Positions 55,492-64,000 of a DNA stretch of 64,000 nt are shown here, one piece after another (the stretch's first letter is position 1; the number at the start of each line of letters is the position of its first letter). Origin of the DNA: Eledone cirrhosa (lineage: Eukaryota); the NCBI GenBank assembly GCA_964016885.1, contig OZ024742.1:125116001-125180000 (forward strand). Reading direction: 5' to 3'. A program made the position numbers and the translations under genes. The notes under the pieces were generated by a model that was not told the DNA's origin, did no database searches, and worked only from the letters and a program-made list of their open reading frames with translations.

Positions 55492-56845
55492 GAGGTTTTT
55501 TGTTATTTTAGTATAGATTTAAAACTCATTGCTAACATTAGAACCGGATGGCAGTGATTAGTCTTGTATCGTGAGTGTATTTCATAAGAGATTATTTATA
55601 TATACCAGCTCCAATGGAAATTGTGTTTAAATCATAGGGTTGCAATTCGTGTTAGGATGTCACTGTATCGACTCGTTAAATTTTGTATATTTCCGGTTTG
55701 TGTCTCCTAAACTTGTCACGAACAATTATGATGGCTGTCACTTCCCGCCTCCAGCACCATTGGAATATACATATTTATTGTTCACCAAACTATTTTTAGG
55801 CTGAACTCTTATAATTTCTAGACATTACATGGAATGTATTATAATTTTCGTTTGTTATGAATGATGGCTACTATACAGATAAATGAATGCAGGAGAAAGA
55901 GAAAAATATTTCAACTATTTTGAATTTGTCTCTAATTACAGTTTATATGCAGTAAATATGTACATCTACATATATTCATACGTAAAGATAGAAGGAGAGC
56001 GAGTCAGAGAGAAAAAAGAGAAAGTGAGAGAGTGTCTGGTAATGGGAGGTATCAGTGACTAAACATTTAATATATAAAATGCTGACCTAAAAATCTAAGA
56101 AATTCTTGAAAAAACAAAATCAAATATGAACTGATTCAATATAAATTGAACGTTTTGACATTTTTTCAAATAGTCATTATTATATAAAGAATAGAATTTA
56201 CTTTATTCACCATCGCCAATCTTTGTCATTCGCGTTCTTTCTAACGGCTATTTTCTTTTCTTTAAGCAGTTATTTAAAGACAAGTTTGCCTATATACACA
56301 CAGAAATATATTTGTATATATGTTGAAGGAAATATGTGTGTATCTATCAATCTATCTATCTAACTATCAATCTAACTTCAACATTTTTTTTTTGTTTGTT
56401 GTTTTATTTTCGTTGTTTTTTATACGTCTGAAACAGCCAATGTTCAGTATAAATTTAGATAAATTAGATGTCAGAAGCGAAAATGTCTAACGTTTGTGCT
56501 TGGCGGAAAGAAAAGATACAATGAAATGAAGAAAATTCAAGTAGTATAAAAAATGCGCAGTGAATTAAAAGAATTGATGCTACACAATAAGATGTATTGC
56601 CTAATAGTAGTCGATATTAAAAAAAGAAACGTAGCCAAACATATAATTTTAATACCCTGTCGTGAAAAATATAACTATGCTCCGCAAATAACATACACAG
56701 ACATATACACAGAGGTTCACACACATGGAAAAGCACACACTGAGAGAATTAGCGTGCAGGGACAAAAATACACACTCAGATTAATATATATTTATATATG
56801 TGTGTGTCTTTGTGTCTGTTGTGTGTATGTATCTATCTATATATC

Positions 56846-56919
<74 letters not shown>

Positions 56920-57047
56920 TGTGTGTGTGTGTGTGTATATATCTGTGTATGTATGTATATGTATGTATATGTATGCACATATATATCTATATATGGGTAT
57001 GTATATATATATATATATGTATATGTATGTGTACGCATATGTATGTG

Positions 57048-57146
<99 letters not shown>

Positions 57147-57237
57147 CGAAGGAGTTGTGGTAAGGAACCAGATGGGCCATAACGCACCAGAGTACTCAAT
57201 ACTTAGGGTAGTAGAGTGGGTAATAGGAGAAATTATG

Positions 57238-57335
57238 ACCCGACGGCAGAGCTCAAGCCGTTTCGACGACTATTTCTGGACAAAAGTAAGAGTTTTTTTA
57301 GTCTGGTAAATAAATAGCCGAACTTTTCAAGGGGT
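57238..57335 (-). ncRNA. U3-A8 hammerhead, long stem II (family A)
   Basis: acccc-TTGAAAA-gttcggctattt..aaatagtcgtc-GAAA-cggc ttgagctct gccg-TC-ggg. Confidence 0.8.
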
Positions 57336-58382
57336 ACTTACTTATATGGGAAGATTGTAGTTGTCAAGAGCATTGGTCAACATTTGTTGCAGACACAGAA
57401 AAGTCTATCATGGCAGTGGGTGCGGGGTGGGGGAGGTTGAACCTTCGTAAGTTGATCCTTCGTAAACAAATGCTGTTTACAAAGGATCAACTCCTAAAAA
57501 AAAAAGACGAACTGGTAACTGCATGCAAACACAGTTTGTGGAAGACTTACCTCGCCCTCAAACCCCCTAATGATCCGGGTGGGTAGACAAGGGCTGAAAC
57601 ACCCCCACTTGCTGAATAAGATAGGGAAAACCCCAACTTATATAGGTAGATCTACCTCTTTTCTTTTCCTCTATGTTTTCTTCTTCCCTTTGTCTCCTCC
57701 TATAACTTCTTTCCACCACCGATCTTCTTCCTCGTTCGTTTCTTGTTTTTTTTCCCTTTCGCCTACTGCGAGGCAGCCCATCTTTAGCCTCAGTACCCCC
57801 ACCCCAGGAACTTATAGATAGCATTGGCCGATTACGCTATACTAACTATTCATAGCAGCTGTGTTAGACCCCAGAGATGTGGTATTAATTTTTAATACCC
57901 AATTCTAAAATTTCAATAATTCTCATCTAGCAACTCATTCTATAGAATTGGCCGAAAAAGCAGAACCAACTAAATATAGCAGCTGTGTTAGACTCCTTAG
58001 TTTTTGTTTTATTTCACTTCTCACTTTCCAATCATACATTCTGATATATCTTTCTCTCATTTTTTATTATATTCTTTTTTATCATATTTTTTCATTGTCC
58101 CCTAAGCCCATTTGATTTACCAGATCTATAACGTCTCTCCTCCTTTTTCTAAAGAAACCTGTTTTCGCCTACCTCCTCCAGCCTACTTTCATACACATTC
58201 CTTAGAATTTGCTGTGTAGATTTCACCTTCAACGCTTGACCAGCTCTCCCCACTCCCCTATCGTTCTACAGGCAAGTTCAGCCACCCCCACCCCAGACCC
58301 ACTGCCATGATAGACGTTTCTGTGTCTGCTACAAATGTTGACCAATTTTCTTGACAACTACAATCTTCCCAAATAAGGAAGT

Positions 58383-58481
58383 ACCCCTTGAAAATTTCGG
58401 CTATTTATTTCCCGGACTAAAGAAACTCTTACTTTAGTCGAGAAATAGCCGTCGAAACGGCTTGAGCTCTGCCGTCGGGGT
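58383..58481 (+). ncRNA. U3-A8 hammerhead, long stem II (family A)
   Basis: acccc-TTGAAAA-tttcggctattt..aaatagccgtc-GAAA-cggc ttgagctct gccg-TC-ggggt. Confidence 0.8.
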
Positions 58482-58621
58482 CATACGTTCTCCTATAAAT
58501 ATATATATATATATTTATTAAAGTAACAGATTAAATATTTGCTCTACTGTTCTTATATATTTGATATATATTTATCCTTATCGAGCCCTCTTTGGATTTT
58601 AGTCTTCAAATTTATTATTAT

Positions 58622-58707
<86 letters not shown>

Positions 58708-58760
58708 TTATATATATATATATATATACACATATATATGTATATATATATATATACATA

Positions 58761-58820
<60 letters not shown>

Positions 58821-58872
58821 TTAAAGAATGAGGAGTAACATGGTTGGCTGTACAATAAGGGCTTTATTTAAA

Positions 58873-58983
58873 GTACTGACAATTGTTTCGTTGATCAGGT
58901 GAGTCTAGAGTTTGCTAATCGCTTGAGGATGCGTCAATCGATCTCCAATACATTATTTACCACTGGTCAACACGTCGGAGCAC
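58873..58983 (-). ncRNA. Hammerhead-like motif with U9 and ~82-nt stem II (family K)
   Basis: gtgct-CCGACGT-gttga..tcaac-GAAA-caattg-TC-agtac. Confidence 0.62.
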
Positions 58984-59506
58984 ATAGATATGAAAGTAAT
59001 TCACTCGCGGCAAGACTTATATAGAGGAGTAGTGTAAAACAAAACAATAAAATCAATAATAGAGCACCGTATAATTAAAATAATAACATCAATAATAAAG
59101 CATGTATGGTAAATAGATAGAGCAGTTACAAATGTAAAAAGTAACAAGTAAGATACAATGTAAGGTACATTAAAAAATAATAATAATAAGAAGAAAATGA
59201 GGAAATGGAAAATACAAAGAAATAAAAGAAATGAAAGAGTGATATATTGTACTTAGAGTAGGATTTTAGTAGTTCTTGAGAAAGTATTCCTTGGTGCATT
59301 TCTTTTATTTCTTTGTATTTTCCATTTCCTTATGTTCTTATTATTATTATTTTTTAATGTACCTTACATTGTATCTCACTTGTCACTTTTACATCTGTAA
59401 CTTCTCTATCTATTTACCATACATGTTTTATTATTGATGTTATTGTTTTGTTTTACGCTAATCCTCTATATAAGTCTTGCCTCGAGTGAATTATTTTCAT
59501 ATCTAT

Positions 59507-59617
59507 GTGCTCTGATGTGTTGAACAGTGGTAAACAATGCATTGGAGATCGATTGATGCAACCTCAAGCGATTAGCGAACTCTAGACACACCTGATCAAC
59601 GAAAAAAGTGTCAGTAC
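59507..59617 (+). ncRNA. Hammerhead-like motif with U9 (family K)
   Basis: gtgct-CTGATGT-gttga..tcaac-GAAA-aaagtg-TC-agtac. Confidence 0.58.
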
Positions 59618-60084
59618 TGTAAATAAAGCCAACCATGTTACTCCATTTTCTTTAACTTGTATTACTCCAAATATTACTCCAAGCATAGAAATTACCGCGA
59701 ACTAACTGTATAACTATGGAAACATCTTGTTGAGTCAAACAAAGCCGTACGTTAAAACCACCCACGACGTGGAATACTCTAACCGGATTACCTCTAACTG
59801 GATTACCTATAACGATAACTTGTTATCCCATATATATTTATATATTTATTTGTTATGTAGTACATTTATTTGTTATACATTTATTATGTAATATATTTAT
59901 TTGTTATGTAATAAACAACATAAGATAATTATTTCATTTACCAGTGGTTTCTTGAAAGCAGATACATCTGTTTTCAGTCGTTAGAATGAATAAAACATGG
60001 TGTTTTTATTAAATATGGATTTCAAAACAAAATATAAGAAATATGAAAGTGAGGCTGACGATCAACGGGCGAAGAAGAAGAACA

Positions 60085-60245
60085 GAAAAAAAAGAAAAAA
60101 AGAAAAATACATACATACAACGCGCATATAATTAAAAAGTACGTAGACGTAAACATTGTCACATAAGCGTATATGTATCTACAGGCATTGACAAAATACA
60201 TACACATGCATATCCATGATGTGTGCATATACATAAATATATATG

Positions 60246-60330
<85 letters not shown>

Positions 60331-60543
60331 CATACACACGCACACACACAAGAAAACATGCACAAATACTCATACACACGTATAAAAACACTTACACAAT
60401 TGTATGTGTATATACATATATATATACACACACACATACATATATATATATATGTATATATATATACACACAAAAATAAAAATATAAATTATAAAATAAA
60501 CATACGTACATGTCAACATACACATACACATGCGTGCGAAAAT

Positions 60544-60589
<46 letters not shown>

Positions 60590-60939
60590 ACGTTTATAGA
60601 AACATGGATGCAACCAAATATACTAACACACACATAAACCCTACAAAAAGAGCATTGGTACATAGCCTACGTACAAACATAAACACATGCTTGCGCGCAC
60701 TCGCACGTAATAAGAAATCAACACACGCATACAAAACCATACGTAAGACTATACAGACAAAATCAAAAGCATATATACAACCGCATACACACAACTATAT
60801 ATGTAAACATACATAGAGCTATATGTAAATATAATATGAACATAAATAAACTCACACACATAAATGTATATACATACAATCACATAGACACATATATATA
60901 TACATATATACACACATACAAAAACATTGACACGCAATT

Positions 60940-61019
<80 letters not shown>

Positions 61020-61028
61020 CATACATAC

Positions 61029-61065
<37 letters not shown>

Positions 61066-61105
61066 CTCACACACACACATACACACACATATACATACGT
61101 CCACA

Positions 61106-61188
<83 letters not shown>

Positions 61189-63173
61189 AACGCACACATG
61201 AACCTGTCTGCAAATGCGCCAGCACACAGCGCCATGTGAGAACATAAAAACCTAGTGGGTAAGTAAGGACAAAAGGGGAGTAAGATTGAAATGATAAACA
61301 CAATATTAAGAATAGGTAATGGAAAACATTGTTGTAAAAGGTTTGCGATGAGATCTAGATAAGAGTATCTAGTTAAAGAGTGAACTGAGTAAAGAATATA
61401 AGCGGTGCGTGTGTATGTGTAAAGAGTAAGGTAGAAAGTAGGGGGTATTATAAGTCAACTGAAAAAAAGTTTTAAATAATAGGAAAAAACTAATAAAAAA
61501 TATAAAGAGATATAAAAGGAGATGACAGAGAAAAAGTATATATGGGTAAGAAGTATCATTTCTTAGAGTAATAATATTCGTGGTGAGCGAAAGGCGTAAT
61601 GAGTAAAGAAGAAGCTAAAAGTGGTTGAATCATCGTAGGAATGTCAATCCAGTTAAAAAGTAGATGCGATTTCAGATGTGGACAACATCTGAAGATCTCG
61701 GTCTTGGAGTTGAGGCAAGTTGAAGGGGCTTTCAAATTTTGGAGAATTCTAAATTTTTCCGTGGTGCACAAACAACATTTCTATGAGCTCCTTTGGTATT
61801 CTCTTGATTAGTCTAAAATAGAGCAATCAATAGTGTACGAGATAGTTTTTGTCTTTGAATTCCCACACTTTCTTTGCAAGCGCCGTCGCTGTTCTTTTTT
61901 CAGAGTGTTTAAAAGAAGCGATATGTGCATAATACCTGGTTTTGAATATGTCCTGGGTCATGCCAACATATCGTTCACTCCTGGCTGGCTAGCTCGTTAT
62001 TAATCATCGGTGTCAATTTGGCCTCATACACAATGGATGTGGTATAACATTTACCCTGTAATGGGCATTCTATCGGCTTCCTGCAACTGCATCCTGGATT
62101 AACTCTCATACGATTAGAGTTGGTAATTTTAGTCTCCATTTGTGGACAGCAAGAGTAACTGATTTTGACTACATTTCTATTAAATATCTTATTATATCTA
62201 TGATTAGGGAGAAAATGTTTGTCTAGGAGGTCGAGGAATTTCCTTCCTACATTAGTTTTGAGTTAGAGAGAAGGGGGGTGTAAACCAAATAATTTATTTT
62301 TCTTTTCCTGTTATTGTGTTTAGTGTTAGAGGGAAGAATAGGAAAGTATTTAATATGTTCGGTGAAGCCGATGTTATTGAGGGCGTTATTATAATAAGTG
62401 GCGGCTTTGTTAAAATTGTCTATAGACGAAGATAAGGTAGATATCCTACGGCTAATGTTAGGAATAAGATTTTTAAAGACTATAGGTGGATGGCAAGATT
62501 CTTTGTGTATATATCTTACATGCTCGTTAGGTTTATGATAAGGTTTAACATACGCAGTAAGTAGATCAATATTATTATCAAGAGAGTTAGTATAAGTAAG
62601 ATTCGTATCTATAGTAATTTTAAGGTTTAGGTTAGCAGAGGCATTGATTAAATCTTTACGGAATTTATCAAGGTTATGGCCGTTGGTAGTATGAGAAATT
62701 ACCAAACCGTCGTCTCGGTATAAACCGATATTATGGCAAGGAAATTTATCTTTAAGTGTGTGGAGGAGGAATAATCCTACTACGTTGCATACATCAGCAC
62801 TATCATATGAGCCCATCGCAACATCAAAAGAGTTTTCAGGGCTTGACTTTTTAACCCAATATAGTTGTGCGTATGCGGTTGTATATATGCTTTTGTTTTT
62901 GTCTGTATAGTCTTACGTATGGTTTTGTATGCGTGTGTTGATTTCTTATTACGTGCATGTGCGCCAACGCATCTGTTTTTGTTTGTACGTAGGTTACGTA
63001 CCAATGGTCTTTTTTGTAGGGTTTATGTGTGTGCTAGTATATTTGGTTGTATGCATGTTTTTATATACGTGTGTATGAGTGTGAATGTGTATGTGTATAT
63101 GTATTTTTGCACGCTTGTGTATGTGTATGTGGATATGTACGTATGTTTATTTTATAATTTATATTTTTGTTTT

Positions 63174-63214
<41 letters not shown>

Positions 63215-63930
63215 TGTAAGGCTTAATTCGGGATGTTTGTTTACAAACACACGGAGCATTATAATTAATATTCGATGAATCCATACGTACATGTATATAT
63301 GTGTGCATGTATGTATATATATATACATACTACTGTACGTCTGTATGCATGCATGTACGTATAGATACTTATATTTAAGTAACAGCCGTACTAAGAGTGA
63401 GAAATGAAATTTCGTTTCATTTTTTCCGTTTATATATATATATATATATATATATACGTATATGTGTGTGTGTGTATATATATATGTATATACACATACA
63501 TGTTTGTATGTGTTTTTATATGTGTGTATGAGTATTTGTGTATGTTTTTGTGTGTGTCTGTGTGTATGTATGTGTGTATACATGTATATATATGTATATA
63601 TATTTTATATATATGTATATTTATGTATATGCACACCTCGTGTATTTTTTTATTTTTAATTGTTTTTATTTTTCTCCCCCTCCTCTCACTTATCGTTGTC
63701 AACACGTATCTTTTATTTTTGAATTTGTATTTTTTGTTCTTATTCATTTATTCATTTTTTTCTTATTACTACATGTATATGTATGTGTATGTATTTTTCC
63801 ATGCCTGCAGATACATATACGCTTATGTGACAAAGTTTACGTCTACGTACTTTTTAAGTATATGCGCGTGGTTGAGTGTGTGTATGTTTATATATTTATT
63901 GTTTTTATCTATACATGTGTATTTTTCTTT

Positions 63931-63940
<10 letters not shown>
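60085..63940 (-). mobile_element. 5'-truncated Naiad-type PLE with inverted copy of its 3' region (~60085-60800 vs ~62860-63940)
   Basis: Inverted low-complexity arms share unique segments (e.g. gtacgtagacgtaaac..tgtcacataagcgtatatgtatct) and bracket RT-EN. Confidence 0.8.
61660..62862 (-). pseudogene. Naiad-type PLE RT C-terminal half plus GIY-YIG, frameshifted
   Basis: WVKK..FDVAMGSYDSADVC..GLYRDDGL..PYHKPN..HPP..RRISTLSS; CSCRKPIECPLQGKC; YVGMT; CLCTTEK..CLNSKTE..CPH. Confidence 0.88.
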
Positions 63941-63961
<21 letters not shown>

Positions 63962-64000
63962 TCTTTTTTTTCTTTTTTTTCTTTTTTTTCTTTTTTTTTC

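Larger units (their letters stand above)
57146..58497. mobile_element. Family A fold-back element in (TA)n
   Basis: ~57225-57430 is inverted against ~58290-58497. Confidence 0.8.
58818..59658. mobile_element. Fold-back PLE end (arms ~58818-59232 and ~59298-59658)
   Basis: Reverse-complement arms. The centre reads KEYFLKNY*NPTLS on the minus strand, similar to a GIY-YIG C-terminus. Confidence 0.75.

Noticed and set aside
60051-60075. CTGACGA as a hammerhead core
   Set aside because: No GAAA/UH segment or stem I partner.

Overview
AT-rich, microsatellite-laden eukaryotic DNA. It is probably from an octopod cephalopod, an inference from the SINE families and (TA)n density. I recognise no host protein-coding exon, and most listed ORFs are microsatellite read-through. 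The window is a retroelement graveyard: tRNA-derived SINEs, a near-complete Tx1/L1-clade LINE in a (TTA)n tract, an R4/Dong-type LINE, RTE remnants, a Tc1/mariner remnant, a tandem trimer of non-autonomous Helitrons, and many Penelope-like element (PLE) fragments (including Naiad-type RT and GIY-YIG) arranged as large fold-backs in (TA)n. The main signal is non-coding. Reading by eye I find about 23 type I hammerhead ribozyme (HHR) motifs from about 11 unrelated repeat families. Four families use a compensated U3-A8 core (UUGAAAA), several have very long stem II insertions, and nearly all have a family-specific palindromic stem III. Most occur as outward-facing pairs at the ends of inverted repeats, and one tandem pair would release a 324-nt retrozyme-like RNA. 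All folds are manual and none has been tested for activity.
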